Numbered from the stretch's first letter, positions 37,805 to 48,876 are shown. The stretch: DNA of 64,000 nucleotides from an uncultured Verrucomicrobiae bacterium (GCA_963764165.1 CAVXRD010000002.1:3296001-3360000); one strand, 5' to 3'. Notes: a model not told the origin generated them from the letters alone. Numbers and translations: made by a program.

Positions 37805-38668
37805 CTAAATTTTCTGCCCGGGAGAGGCGAGGGCGTGATTCTCCTTCGGCGCGGCTTTGTCCCTTGGGCGGAACAGGCGCAAAATTCCGTGCGACTTGCT
37901 TGGTTTCACGAGCACGGAAGTCAGGAAGGCGCGCAATTGCTCCGCCGAGATGCCGCGCTGCAACTGTCCTTTGTATGCGTAGGAAATCGATCCCGTTTCC
38001 TCCGAAACGACCACCACCACGGCGTCTGTTTCTTCGGACAATCCAATCGCGGCCCGGTGCCGCGTGCCAAGCGAGGCGTTCAAATCCTGCCGCTGCGTCA
38101 GGGGGAAAATGCAGGCGGCGAAGGCAATTCGATCCCCTTTCAGAATCACGCCGCCATCGTGGATCGCGTTGTTCGGAAAGAAAATGGCTTCCAGCATTTC
38201 GGGCGTTGCTTCGCAATCGACGGGCAGGCCGGATTCGGTGGCTTCCTGCAAATTGATCGTTTGCTCGATGGCCATAAGGGCGCCGATGCGGACTTCCGCC
38301 AGGCGCTCGGATGTTTGGATGATGACTTCAATGTTCTCGCGCGCTTCATGGCTGGTGGCGAAGAGCGGATGTGTTCCTAGCTCCGCGAGAATGCGGCGCA
38401 GCTCAGGTTGGAAAATAATGAGAATCGCCACCGCCGCAAACGCGACGAAGGAGCGGATGAGCCAGCTCAAAACCTCCAGCTTCAAAAAATAGGCGACGAC
38501 AGTGAGGCTCAGCACGAGCAGGACGAACCCGTAAACCACCGGCGCGCCGCGCGTTCCGCGAATGAACTTCAAGCTGAAGTAAATGCCGACCGAAAGAATG
38601 ATGACCTCAAGCGCCGGCCGCCAGCCGCGCTGAAGTGTCTCAGTCAGGAATGTGATTACTTCCGGCAT
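37805..38668 (-). CDS. dacA: membrane diadenylate cyclase CdaA/DacA
   Basis: Three N-terminal TM helices, IFQPELRRIL, HDGG, GTRHRAAIG, VVSEETG. Confidence 0.95.
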   Translation of the reverse strand: MPEVITFLTETLQRGWRPALEVIILSVGIYFSLKFIRGTRGAPVVYGFVLLVLSLTVVAYFLKLEVLSWLIRSFVAFAAVAILIIFQPELRRILAELGTHPLFATSHEARENIEVIIQTSERLAEVRIGALMAIEQTINLQEATESGLPVDCEATPEMLEAIFFPNNAIHDGGVILKGDRIAFAACIFPLTQRQDLNASLGTRHRAAIGLSEETDAVVVVVSEETGSISYAYKGQLQRGISAEQLRAFLTSVLVKPSKSHGILRLFRPRDKAAPKENHALASPGQKI

Positions 38669-39506
38669 TTTGTTGTTGTTTCATTAGGGCTTCCGTCATT
38701 CGAACGGCGTGGCGTGTCGCGGCCACATCATGGCAGCGAATGATCGCGGCTCCATGCTGCGCGCCCCAGCAGGCGCAAGCCAGCGAGGGTGAAAGGCGCT
38801 CCTGTACCGTCGCGCCCGACGCGGCACCGACAAACGATTTGCGGGAAGCCCCTACCAGCAACGGACGCCCCATCATTGTAAACCGCGCCAGCCCGGCAAG
38901 CAATTGCAAATTGTCTTCCAGCCGCTTTCCAAATCCCAGGCCCGCGTCCAAAATAGTCTGCTCTGCATTGACACCGCACTCGCGCAAACGTTCTAAACGA
39001 TCTTCAAAAAAATCCTGCACCTCGGCAAGAACATCTTTGTAAACAGGATTTTTTTGCATGTCGGCGGGGGTGCCCTGCATGTGAACAATCACGTAACCCG
39101 CGCCGCCCTCGGCGGCCACACGCCACATTTCGGAATCGTCGCGATTGGCCGCGATGTCATTGACAATCGAGGCGCCCATTTGCAACGCTTTCCGCGCCAC
39201 CGCCGGTTTGACGGTGTCAATCGAGATGGGAATTTTCACCGTGCCAGCCAGGGCTTCGATTACAGGGATCACCCGCCGCAATTCCTCCTCTTCGCTGACC
39301 GGCGACGCGCCCGGCCGCGACGATTCGCCGCCGATGTCAATCATATCAGCGCCCTCTTCGACCAGGCGCAGGGCTTGCGCCACGGGGTCCCGCCCGCTTT
39401 CGCTGCGAGCACCGGCGTAAAAGGAATCCGGGGTCGCGTTAACCACGCCCATCACGAGGGACGGGCGTGGAAACGTGAAAACAAATTGGCGCGCGCGCAA
39501 AAGCAT
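38640..39506 (-). CDS. folP: dihydropteroate synthase
   Basis: MGVVNATPDSF, DIGGESSRPG, ISIDT, GFGK, SRKSF, RCHDV. Confidence 0.95.
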   Translation of the reverse strand: MLLRARQFVFTFPRPSLVMGVVNATPDSFYAGARSESGRDPVAQALRLVEEGADMIDIGGESSRPGASPVSEEEELRRVIPVIEALAGTVKIPISIDTVKPAVARKALQMGASIVNDIAANRDDSEMWRVAAEGGAGYVIVHMQGTPADMQKNPVYKDVLAEVQDFFEDRLERLRECGVNAEQTILDAGLGFGKRLEDNLQLLAGLARFTMMGRPLLVGASRKSFVGAASGATVQERLSPSLACACWGAQHGAAIIRCHDVAATRHAVRMTEALMKQQQNAGSNHIPD

Positions 39507-39532
39507 TGGTTCTCCCACCCTTAGCGAATTTC

Positions 39533-39637
39533 GGTAGGGCGAGGCTCCCGCCGAGCCATTCCCATTATTCTCATCAATCCCATCATCATGCGAAAAATAG
39601 GAATAATGGGACGGCTCGGCAGGAGCCTCGCCCTGCC
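39533..39637. repeat. REP doublet, family B
   Basis: GGTAGGGCGAGGCTCCCGCCGAGCC (39533-39557) with an inverted copy at 39613-39637; the spacer is also partly self-complementary. Confidence 0.85.
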
Positions 39638-39678
39638 GGCCCTCACCTGCACGGACGCGCCAGTTCGAGCAGGCGCGG

Positions 39679-40305
39679 TTACTTGGCCGCGGAGAAATTC
39701 TTGGCCACTTCGGACCAATTGACCGCGCCCCATATCGCTTTCAGATAATCCGCGCGGCGGTTCTGATATTTCAAGTAATAAGCGTGCTCCCAGACGTCGA
39801 TGCCGAATATCGGCGTGCCTTCGCAGCCAGCGATGGCTTTGCCCATGATTGGACTGTCCTGGTTGGCGGTGGAGCAGACTTCGAGCTTCCCGCCGTTGAC
39901 GACGAGCCAGGCCCAGCCGCTGCCGAAACGGCTGACGCCGGCGGCTTCGATTTTTTCTTTGAAGCCGTCGAAGCTGCCGAATGCCGCATTAATTGCGTCG
40001 GCGAGCGGGCCGGTCGGAGCGCCCCCGGCTTTCGGGCCGAGGAGCTTCCAGAAGAACGAGTGATTGGCGTGGCCGCCGCCGTTATTGCGCACCGCACCGC
40101 GAATATCAGCGGGAACCGCATCGAGATTGCTGATGAGTTGTTCCACCGTTTTGGATTCGAGCTCGGGCTTGCCCGCGATGGCCTTGTTGACGTTGGTCAC
40201 ATAAGCGGCGTGATGCTTGTCGTGATGAATCTCCATCGTCTTCGCGTCGATGTTCGGTTCCAGGGCGTCGTTCGGATAGGGGAGCGGTGGTAATTCGTAA
40301 GCCAT
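39679..40305 (-). CDS. sodA: superoxide dismutase, Mn-type signature
   Basis: [31 protein letters not shown]. Confidence 0.95.
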   Translation of the reverse strand: MAYELPPLPYPNDALEPNIDAKTMEIHHDKHHAAYVTNVNKAIAGKPELESKTVEQLISNLDAVPADIRGAVRNNGGGHANHSFFWKLLGPKAGGAPTGPLADAINAAFGSFDGFKEKIEAAGVSRFGSGWAWLVVNGGKLEVCSTANQDSPIMGKAIAGCEGTPIFGIDVWEHAYYLKYQNRRADYLKAIWGAVNWSEVAKNFSAAK

Positions 40306-40486
40306 AGTATGTCTCTCTTTCCAATTTCCAATTTATATTGTGCAACTGTTTGTGTTCTAAACCCGTTTGTAAAAAATGACAACCAATTGAGTAAACTACA
40401 ACCGTACACTAACAAAGGCCGCCCAAAAGACAAGGGACGGAATTTTGGGGGGCGCAAATCAATAGTGTGAACCGTTCGGTTTGCGC

Positions 40487-40544
40487 GGCTCGGCAGGAGC
40501 CTCGCCCTACCGAGCGCTTGGTAGGGCGAGGCTCCTGCCGAGCC
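40487..40544. repeat. REP doublet, family B, back-to-back
   Basis: GGCTCGGCAGGAGCCTCGCCCTACC, 8 nt, GGTAGGGCGAGGCTCCTGCCGAGCC; perfect 25-bp inverted repeat. Confidence 0.88.
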
Positions 40545-40552
40545 GGGGCTCC

Positions 40553-40587
40553 AAAAAGCAAAAGGAGCCGGGATTGCTCCCGGCTCC
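40553..40587 (-). terminator. intrinsic terminator
   Basis: Minus strand GGAGCCGGGA-GCAA-TCCCGGCTCC followed by TTTTGCTTTTT. Confidence 0.8.
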
Positions 40588-40613
40588 ATTGCGATTGCGG
40601 CCTTGGCTCCTGC

Positions 40614-43600
40614 CTACGGCAGGACCAGGCGATAAAATGCCGTCGACGTCCCCGGGGTCAGGATGACCTCGTTGTTGGAGTTAACAATCTGGGACGGTGT
40701 GATCACGTTTTGCCACGGGCCGGTCAGATTGGTGGTTTCTTGAAGTCCGAACAGCGTCGAGACTGAAATCGGCCATGTAATGACCGTGCTCCCTGCCGCT
40801 CCGGCCTTCAAAGTCAGAACGGGAGGTGTGGTGTAGGAAAACACGAAGTTCGAGACGGTCTGATTGGCACTCGCACCGCCAGTGCCGCCGGTGAACCCAA
40901 TGTAGGCGCTGCTGCCACCGACGAGCGCAGGCAGATTGGTCAGAGCCAGGGAAGTGGTGAAGTTGCTGCCAGTGGCTGTATCCACCAAGGCGACGTTCAT
41001 TGTGTTTTGCATGTAATAGAGCTGAACGTAGATGGGATCGCCGGAAACGATGCTGACCGGCGCTGTGTTAATGGACGGAGCCGTCAACGTTCCGCCGTCC
41101 GGAGCGGTTCCATCGACGCCCATTTGAATCCCAACATTGCCCGCGCCATACGGATAGATGTTCATCTCAAAGGCAGCGCTGGGAGCGATGCCGGTGTAGC
41201 CCAAATCTCCTCCGCCAGCACCGACCGCCGTCGGGCCCACCGGGGAATTCTGCATGCAGAACGTGATGCCATCAGCCAGGGTGCCGCCGCCATAATTGGT
41301 GGCGGTGTAGGTGTAGGAGGCGAAAAACCCGCCGATGTATTGGACTGTGTTGAAGAACGCGCTGGACGCCTCGCTGTTGTTGCCGTCGGTCAGCGTGAGC
41401 ACGTTGTCACTGATGTAAGGCTGGATGTTGGCGCCGTCGTTGAGGGACCAGTTATCGCCGTTCGTATAGAAGGAGATGACGGGCGGCGGATTGGTCAGGC
41501 CGACCACGGTCGCGAGGGAGCTGTTGGTCGTGCCGTATGAATTGTGAATGGCGACCGAATAAGTGTTCGTTCCAGCGAGCGCGTCAAACGTGTAACTGGA
41601 GTTTGTCGCATTCGCAATGGCGCCGCTTGCGCCGCTGGACCATTGGTAGGTGAACGGCGGTGTCCCGGCAGCAGTGACTGACAGCGTGACCGGCACTCCG
41701 GCAGGAACCTCGGTCAGCGGGATGACATCCGTCTCCGTCAGCGGCAAAAGGTTCAATCCAGCGTAAAGCCCCGACACCTGGCTGGGAGTCAGCGCGTTGG
41801 TGAGGATGGCCACTTCAGCGATATTGCCCGCAAAATTGCGCTGATTCGCGTAATCAGGAGCGCCGGCGATCCAGACATCGTCGCCGCTGCCGCCGGGATT
41901 GCCGGGTTCAATCTGGCCGGTTTGCTGTCCGTCGGCGTAGACATACTGGTTCGTGCCGTCATAGACACCAACGATTTGATGCCAACTGCCGTCACCGACA
42001 TTAACGGTGCCGACAGCGTCAGGCCCGGCATCCGCAAATCGCGGGGGATTGCCCACAACCGAAAGACGGTAGCTCTGGTCGGAATGACCGACGACCGTTC
42101 CGAAATGACCGCCCGCCTCCCCCACCGAAGGCGTCTCGGATCCAGGCGATAACGGTGATGGGTCCAGTGATATTCAGATTGCCCACCGGAATGTCCACAT
42201 ATCCACTGGAGCCATCGAAGCCTGCGGAGTAATTCGTCGCGCCGATGCTGGCGGCGGTGGCGGGAATGCCAGGCTGGCCCAGCGTGTAACCGCCTTGATA
42301 GGTGCCGTCGTGTCCGCCCGCATAGTCGAAGGCTGTGTTGCCACTGGTTTCGTTCAGCGGCCAATACGCCACTGGCTTGTAGGCCAGGAGCGCCGATTGA
42401 TACGATGAAGGCGTGATGAGGTTCAGGGTCACCGGGCTGCTGGTGGCCGTGCCGACGAAGTTGGAGACAATCACAGAAATAGTGACGTTCGATGTGTTCA
42501 AATTGGCATAGGTCGCGTTGGTCGCTCCGGGAATAGCCGTGGCCGGGCTTTGCGGCAAACCGCTGTACCATTGATAGCTGAAGGGCGGCGCGCTCGAACC
42601 GTCAATGACGACGGAGAACAGAGTGGTCTCGTTGGCAAACGCGTTGACCGGTGAAACGGGGGGCGTCTGGGAATCGATGATCGGCGCGCTGGGTGTGCCG
42701 GAGTTGATCGTCAGAGTCGCCGGTGTGCTGATCGCGCCGCCAAAGGCGTTGGTGGCTTCAAATTCGTATTCAGTGCCGTCATTGATGCTCAAATTGCTGA
42801 TCGTCAGAGTTGTCGTGCTGGAGCCGGAAATAACGGATCCGTTGCCATCGACGCCGTCGGTTAGCGGATAAAACGCGCCGTTGCTCTGCACGAGCCAGAT
42901 ATTGGTCAGTGGCGCCGTGCCGCTCACTTCGGCGGAGAACGTCGCCGTTTGGCCAGGATACCAAGTCTGGTTCGCGGGCAGCGGATTTTGCGTAATGACC
43001 GGTGGAACTCCGCCCGCCGTGGCGCTGACGGCCATGATGAAAGTGGTCGAGTTGCCCGCGGGGAGGGACACGTTTTTGATGATGATATTGGTCACTGGGC
43101 TGGTCGTGTCGCTCAGCGTAAAGTATGTCTCAAACAGGTAAGGCAGCCCTTGGTTGCCGATCGTATTGAAGGACCGGTCGCTCATATTGACGCGGCCATT
43201 GGCTTCCCAAGCGATGGCACCGGGAACGGATTGCTCAAACCAATCGTAGCCGTAAAAAAGGTTGGTTTCATTTTTTCCATCCGCGTGTTGCAGGATGCAA
43301 ATGTTGGTCATTTTGTTGCCCGCGCCGATGTCGCCGCCAGCCGTCAGGAACGCAAAAGCGGAATACGGAGTCGGCGAAGCCGGAGTGATGTTGGCTGTCA
43401 AATGATTGGTGTCGATCAGAATGGCGTTGTTGTTGGAGTAATTGCCCATCTGATATTGGTGGGTCGGCTGGCTGTAGCTGCTGAAGATGGAACCGGAGGG
43501 AGGCAATCCATAACCGCTGTTGTATGGATAATAGCCTTGCTCAAACCAGGTGTTGCCGACGCCCGAGGAGCTGAGATTGGTGCCATTGTCCATGGTGGCG

Positions 43601-44412
43601 GTGACCGGCCAAGGGAGAGCCGCAGGCACCGTGGCAATCACATTGAACCCGCCCACCGGAATGGGAGACCATTTTGCCCCCGATGCATTGCCGCTGACGG
43701 CAAAAAGGTTGGCGTGGGCGCCTGAACTAAACGTAAACGAAATGCTCGTAATCGGGGTCAGGCCGGAAACGGTGATATTGTCGCTGTACAGATACGGCGG
43801 CTGATTGTTCTGGCTGCTGGCGTTGAAATTTTCCTCGCCCCCGCCCGCTGTCACACGGCCATTGGCTCCCCAGGCGACAGTTGAGCCGCCGTTAAACCAA
43901 TCGGGCATGCTAATCGAGCCGCTTTCGGTGGAATTATCGCTGTGCGTCACCACGTAATTGAGAGTGGTCGACCCGCCGCCGCCCGTGCAAAGAATCGCCA
44001 GGTTCGTGGCTGTCGTGGCGGACTCAAATGTAAAGGCGCCACTGGTAAAAGTGGAATCAATCATCAGGACGTCATTGGTCAAGTAGGTCGAAGGCATCAA
44101 ATAGGTGATGTTCGCATTGTTGCTGGCCACAAAAGTCGTGTTGTGGACTGGAACGCCGGAATTGCCGCCGGTCAGGCCCGGATGGGCGTAAAACCCCTGC
44201 TCATAGACGCTGGTGTCGCCGAGGCCGGCACCGTTGCCGGTGGTTGCGGTAATGCAATACGGCAAAGCGGGCACGGTATTGGCGGGGACCACAATGCCAT
44301 ATGTATAGCTGTTCGACGTCAGTGGAACAGGGTTGAAGTCCGCGCGCGCCAGACCTGCGGCGAGACAAAGGAACGCAATGGAAGTTAGTTTCAATTTCAT
44401 AGTAATCATCAT
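40614..44412 (-). CDS. large secreted multidomain protein (tandem unknown domain, Ig, LamG, Ig, legume-lectin-like) split by one frameshift near 42113
   Basis: ORFs 42019-44412 and 40614-42125 join inside a LamG domain (PVAYWPLNE...WHQIVGVYDG) if one G at 42112-42114 is removed; signal peptide at the N-terminus. Confidence 0.8.
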
Positions 44413-44746
44413 CCTTTAAGCACGGAGGCAACTCTCCCATGAATAAAATTCTGAGGGACATCACCGCCTTCTTGTTCAAAAGTGCTTGGGCTCCAGATTA
44501 ACCCTTCATTGAGTCCGCCGAAAGGGAATTTCGGTTGTCTTGAAACAAAACAACTCGGCGAACGGGAATTCGTTATGGAACCGCCGCATTATTTTTTAAT
44601 TGCACCCTCAAGCCACGCCGTCGCGATACGCTAACAAATCCACGACCGGGAAATCGCCTGCGTCAACAACCATTAGCGATTGCCATTTTCCAAACGCTTC
44701 CACTATATTCCCCCGCCTTAACGCCGCCGAAGAAACCAAAGAACAC

Positions 44747-46636
44747 ATGATGGATGATGCCGCAGAGCGTGAACCAGCCGCCGCGGAAAAACCATCGGCA
44801 AAACCGAACTGGCTGCCGCGCATCGGTTCACCCGGCTACCACATCATGCTTTCGGCGGTGGCGATTCTCATCCTTGGGCCGCTGGGCGGAATTTCCGCCG
44901 CGTTTATGGATTTCTCCATTGGATTTTTTGTGGGCGGGCAGGTGCTGGCGGGAATTCTCGGAAGCGTCGTCACCCTGCCCTATGGGCCGGAAGGAAAACA
45001 CGGCGCCAATTACATGCAAACCATGGCGGCGTCGGTCGCCGGCATGTGCGCCATGTCCGCGCTGGTTCAGGCAATGGTGTGGATGGGCTTGCCGCGTCCG
45101 CCCGCGTGGCAGCTCGTGCTGTATTTCATGTGCATCGGGATGTTCGGCGTCGGGCTGGGGATGTTGTACACGCCAATTCTGGTGGACCGCCTGCAATTGA
45201 CATACCCCTCGGGTCTCGCGGTGGCGAACATCCTGCGCGCCATGACAGACCCGGTGCTGCTGCGGAAATCCATTTTCAAATTATTCGGCAGCATGGCGGG
45301 TTCGTTTGGTGTTGCGCTGGCCGCAACGCTCAAAATGGAATATTTCCTGTCGTTTCTCAACAAGCTCACTTTCGTTCCTTCGGGAATCATGTCGGGCGCT
45401 TCGAGTTTCATATCGGACTTGTCCATGTCCACTCTCGGAGGCGGAATGATCGTCGGCGCGCGCATCGCGCTGCCCGCCCTTTGGGTGGGGTTAATTGGCG
45501 CCCGGATGACTCCATACTTGACAAGAATTGGCTGGCTGGACGAAGGCGACCATTATCGAAAAATCGGCTTCATCATCTCGCTCGGAGCCATCATGGGCGC
45601 GGCAATTTTGGATGTTGGCATTATCTTGTTTCAGGCTGTTGGGCGCATGCGCAAAATGAAAGCCGCAGTGGCGCCGCAAGATTCGGATTGGCAAAAAGTG
45701 GGGATGATGCGCCTCGTCGCGTGGGTGCTTTTTTGGGCGGCGGCCACCGTTGTCATGGGGCATCAGGTGCTGCGCCAACCCGTATTCTATCTTGTCGTTG
45801 CGATTCTGCTTTGTTTCGTGTTTGTGCTTGTGAACGGGATTGCCCTTGGCATTTCCGACTTCAACCCGATTTCCAGCGCGTTTGTGATGTCCGTTTTCAT
45901 CATGGCGGGGCTGGGTCTGCGCGATCCAGTGGCGGGATTGTTTTGCGCCGCCATCCTTGCCATTGCGACGTCGGAAGGCGGCGACATGCAGCAGGATCGC
46001 TCCACCGGCTGGCGCTTGAAGACGAATCGCGCCGTGCAGTTCCGCTATCAAGTGATCGGAATCGCGATGGGCGCATTACTGGCGGTCGTGCTGGCCAGCA
46101 TCTTCATGCGCGCTTACCCGGTATTGAACATCGATCAGTTGACTCACAAAAACCTGCCGGAAACGAAGCACTGGCAATCCGCTTTTACTTACAAAATGGT
46201 CGGAGCCTTGCGCGGCATCGTGGTCTTCAAGCCTCGCACGATGCAGGCGCTTGGCCTCGGGGTGAGCATTGGGCTGGTGATCGAAATCTTGCGGAAATTG
46301 ATTCGGAATCGCGCGAGCTACCAGGCGTTCGCACAGCGAAGCTGGCTGGGAAAATCGGTTTCGTTTCTTCTTGACGCTGTGTTTCTGCCGAGTCCCTATG
46401 CGTCGGCCTTTGGGGGATTCGTCGAGTTGCCGACAATTCTTTGGTGGGCTTTTGGTGGAGTGATTTCGTCGCTATTCGAAACCGCCTCGAAACGCTTTGC
46501 CGACACCGAAGTTCAACCCGAGGGCGAATTGCCGTCGGACATGAGCACGATGTCGCTGGTGGGCGGCGGTTTCATTGCAGGCGATGCGCTGGCGGCGCTG
46601 GCGGTCGGAATGTGGGGAATTCTCCACGCGGGCTGA
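44747..46636 (+). CDS. OPT/YSL family oligopeptide or metal-chelate transporter
   Basis: NYMQTMAAS, LTYPSGLAVA, GDMQQDRSTGW, GGGFIAGDAL; many TM helices. Confidence 0.85.
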   Translation: MMDDAAEREPAAAEKPSAKPNWLPRIGSPGYHIMLSAVAILILGPLGGISAAFMDFSIGFFVGGQVLAGILGSVVTLPYGPEGKHGANYMQTMAASVAGMCAMSALVQAMVWMGLPRPPAWQLVLYFMCIGMFGVGLGMLYTPILVDRLQLTYPSGLAVANILRAMTDPVLLRKSIFKLFGSMAGSFGVALAATLKMEYFLSFLNKLTFVPSGIMSGASSFISDLSMSTLGGGMIVGARIALPALWVGLIGARMTPYLTRIGWLDEGDHYRKIGFIISLGAIMGAAILDVGIILFQAVGRMRKMKAAVAPQDSDWQKVGMMRLVAWVLFWAAATVVMGHQVLRQPVFYLVVAILLCFVFVLVNGIALGISDFNPISSAFVMSVFIMAGLGLRDPVAGLFCAAILAIATSEGGDMQQDRSTGWRLKTNRAVQFRYQVIGIAMGALLAVVLASIFMRAYPVLNIDQLTHKNLPETKHWQSAFTYKMVGALRGIVVFKPRTMQALGLGVSIGLVIEILRKLIRNRASYQAFAQRSWLGKSVSFLLDAVFLPSPYASAFGGFVELPTILWWAFGGVISSLFETASKRFADTEVQPEGELPSDMSTMSLVGGGFIAGDALAALAVGMWGILHAG

Positions 46637-46648
46637 ATCGCGAAGCGA

Positions 46649-46812
46649 GGTAGGGACACCTCGCCGAGGCGTCCGATGCCGTGGAGGTTTTCGACCGCGA
46701 TCTTCTTGTTGGAAGCTTTGCAAAAAAATCCTTCGACCTGCCAGATCTCCGCGCGATTTTAAGCGCCCGCAAACCTCCGCATCCCCGGACGACTCGGCGA
46801 GGCGTCCCTAGC
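46649..46812. repeat. REP doublet, family A
   Basis: GGTAGGGACACCTCGCCGAGGCGTCC (46649-46674) with an inverted copy at 46787-46812, between convergent genes. Confidence 0.85.
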
Positions 46813-48876
46813 TTATAACTGCTCAATAAACGCCTTCATCACCGAATCATACCAGCTCGTCGCCCCCGGCTCGGTGATTTCGTGGGAGCGCGCAATGTCC
46901 GTCTCGAATAAATCGTGATTGAGCTGGGCGACAGCCTTCGGGTCGGAAAACGCCAGGTCCAATTCCTGGTTCACGCGCAAACTCATCTTGTTGAAATTGG
47001 CCGAGCCAAGGCAGGCCCAGCCGTCGTATACCGCGGCTTTCAAATGCGTCATTCCCGGATACGCGTAAACGCGAATGCCCGCCCGAATCATCCGCCCGGC
47101 GATGAGCGAATTGCCAACCTGCATGATGCCACTGTCGTTCTGCGCCGGCAAAATGACGCGGACATCGACGCCGCGATACCGCGCGCGAATCAACGCGCGC
47201 AGGCACGTCTCGTCGTCGAAGTAAGGATTCTCAATGTAGATATATTTTTGCGCGTTCTCGATGGCGTCGTACTGCGCCCGGTAAATCTCCAATTTCCAAG
47301 TCGCTGTGCGCAGCACGCGAATGTCGTAGGGATCATGCACAATATTTTTGCGCGGCGACGTGTGGTCAAAAAGCCAGTACCAGGCGTAGGCGAAATCGCC
47401 TCCCGGCCCGGCATGCGCCCACGCCAGGCGAAATTCCCGCTCCAGATGCCCCACCACCGGGCCGGTCACGCGCACCATCAAATCGTGCCAGTCGTAGCGG
47501 TAGCTGCGCCCGATATTCATCCCGCCAACGTAGGCTTCACGGCTGTCCACCACGATGCATTTGCGATGATCCGCAGTCAGCCAGGGATTGGCGGAAGCGC
47601 GCACGCTGACCCACGAATCGCGCAGGTAGGATTTGATGTTGGAGGGTCGTTGAAAATCCGGCGACATCGGAGACTCCGGCGCAACCTGGGCGGCGAAAAG
47701 CGAACCCATGTCGTCCAACAGCACCTTCACTTTCAAATCAATCGAGCGATCCATCAGCAAATTGGCGATGCGGACGGCGTAATCGTCGGTGTCAAAAATA
47801 AACACATGCACATTGACGCTGCGGACGGCGCGCGCCACTGAGTCGATCAGCGCCGGATAGAACTTCTCTCCGTCAATAAGAAGATCAATCCGTCCTTTGT
47901 GGCGGCGTTCGGAAACGGCGTGATCGAGATGCTTCTCCCACTCTGCCATGTCCATTGCCGGCCCGTTCGTGAGCGGGGGTGGCGGTCCCTCCGGCACGCT
48001 GCCGGCGCGTTCCAGGGCGGTGGCGCCGGAAGTCCCGATATGCCAGATGCCCCGGCACACCAGCGTCACCGGATTTTTGATTGCGGTGATGATGAGGCTC
48101 TTGATCAAAAGGGAATTGAGCGCCTTGACCGCGAACCATACCGGCACCGGCTGCGATTCCGGGTCGGACGAGTAATCCAAAAACACCATCAAGCGCTGCT
48201 GCGAATCGACAAACACAAACGCGGGATCCGTCCCCGACACAAATAGAAACTGCGTCTGGCGGTGATCCAGCATCGGCAGCGCTTCGCGAAGGAAATCTGC
48301 GTCATCGCAGGTGCGGTCGACGGCGACGCCCGCGGGCTTTTCCTCCAGCTTGACGATCCGCAATTTTCCGGTGGCGTCGTGAAACAAGGCCATTTCCTGA
48401 TTCTGCACGAGCATCACCACCGCGTGATTGGCCTGGCTCGGCGCGAGGCTGGCGAAGACTTTCTGCACGATTTGCTGCCACTGTTTGTAATCATGCACGG
48501 CCACACGGTTGGTCTTGGTGGTTGTCGCCCTGCGAACGCCGCGTTTTTCCTCGCCGAATTTGAGCAGGGAAAACCGGTGTTGGTAATTCGTCGAGCCGGG
48601 ATCCACCGGCGCCCATGAAGCATGGGCAAAGGCATCCTTGCCACGCAGAGGAATGCGTATATCGAGGTTCGTCCCAAAATGGTAAGCCAGCAGATTCGTC
48701 TGCGAAGACGCCTCAATTTGTTCGAGATAGCGCGTGCGCGGACTTTGCCCCGCACACCCTGAAAGCCAGAGAATCGCGGCCCATCCAAAAATGAAATGGA
48801 TGAGCCAACCGGAAGCGAAGACTCGCCGCCCGCCCGCTTTGCAACCGACGCCAAGCCTGGAAATCAAGTAACTCAC
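46813..48876 (-). CDS. phospholipase D/cardiolipin synthase-like protein, probably a lipoprotein
   Basis: Two HxKxxxxD motifs (HRKCIVVD, HLKAAVYD), GGMNIG, GSAN; LSGC lipobox. Confidence 0.88.
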   Translation of the reverse strand: MSYLISRLGVGCKAGGRRVFASGWLIHFIFGWAAILWLSGCAGQSPRTRYLEQIEASSQTNLLAYHFGTNLDIRIPLRGKDAFAHASWAPVDPGSTNYQHRFSLLKFGEEKRGVRRATTTKTNRVAVHDYKQWQQIVQKVFASLAPSQANHAVVMLVQNQEMALFHDATGKLRIVKLEEKPAGVAVDRTCDDADFLREALPMLDHRQTQFLFVSGTDPAFVFVDSQQRLMVFLDYSSDPESQPVPVWFAVKALNSLLIKSLIITAIKNPVTLVCRGIWHIGTSGATALERAGSVPEGPPPPLTNGPAMDMAEWEKHLDHAVSERRHKGRIDLLIDGEKFYPALIDSVARAVRSVNVHVFIFDTDDYAVRIANLLMDRSIDLKVKVLLDDMGSLFAAQVAPESPMSPDFQRPSNIKSYLRDSWVSVRASANPWLTADHRKCIVVDSREAYVGGMNIGRSYRYDWHDLMVRVTGPVVGHLEREFRLAWAHAGPGGDFAYAWYWLFDHTSPRKNIVHDPYDIRVLRTATWKLEIYRAQYDAIENAQKYIYIENPYFDDETCLRALIRARYRGVDVRVILPAQNDSGIMQVGNSLIAGRMIRAGIRVYAYPGMTHLKAAVYDGWACLGSANFNKMSLRVNQELDLAFSDPKAVAQLNHDLFETDIARSHEITEPGATSWYDSVMKAFIEQL

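Noticed and set aside
37124..38380. Long antisense or alternative-frame ORFs (this one, 9251-10831, 7592-8821, 12175-13437, 45046-46374)
   Set aside because: Shadow ORFs of well-supported genes in GC-rich DNA, with no motifs.
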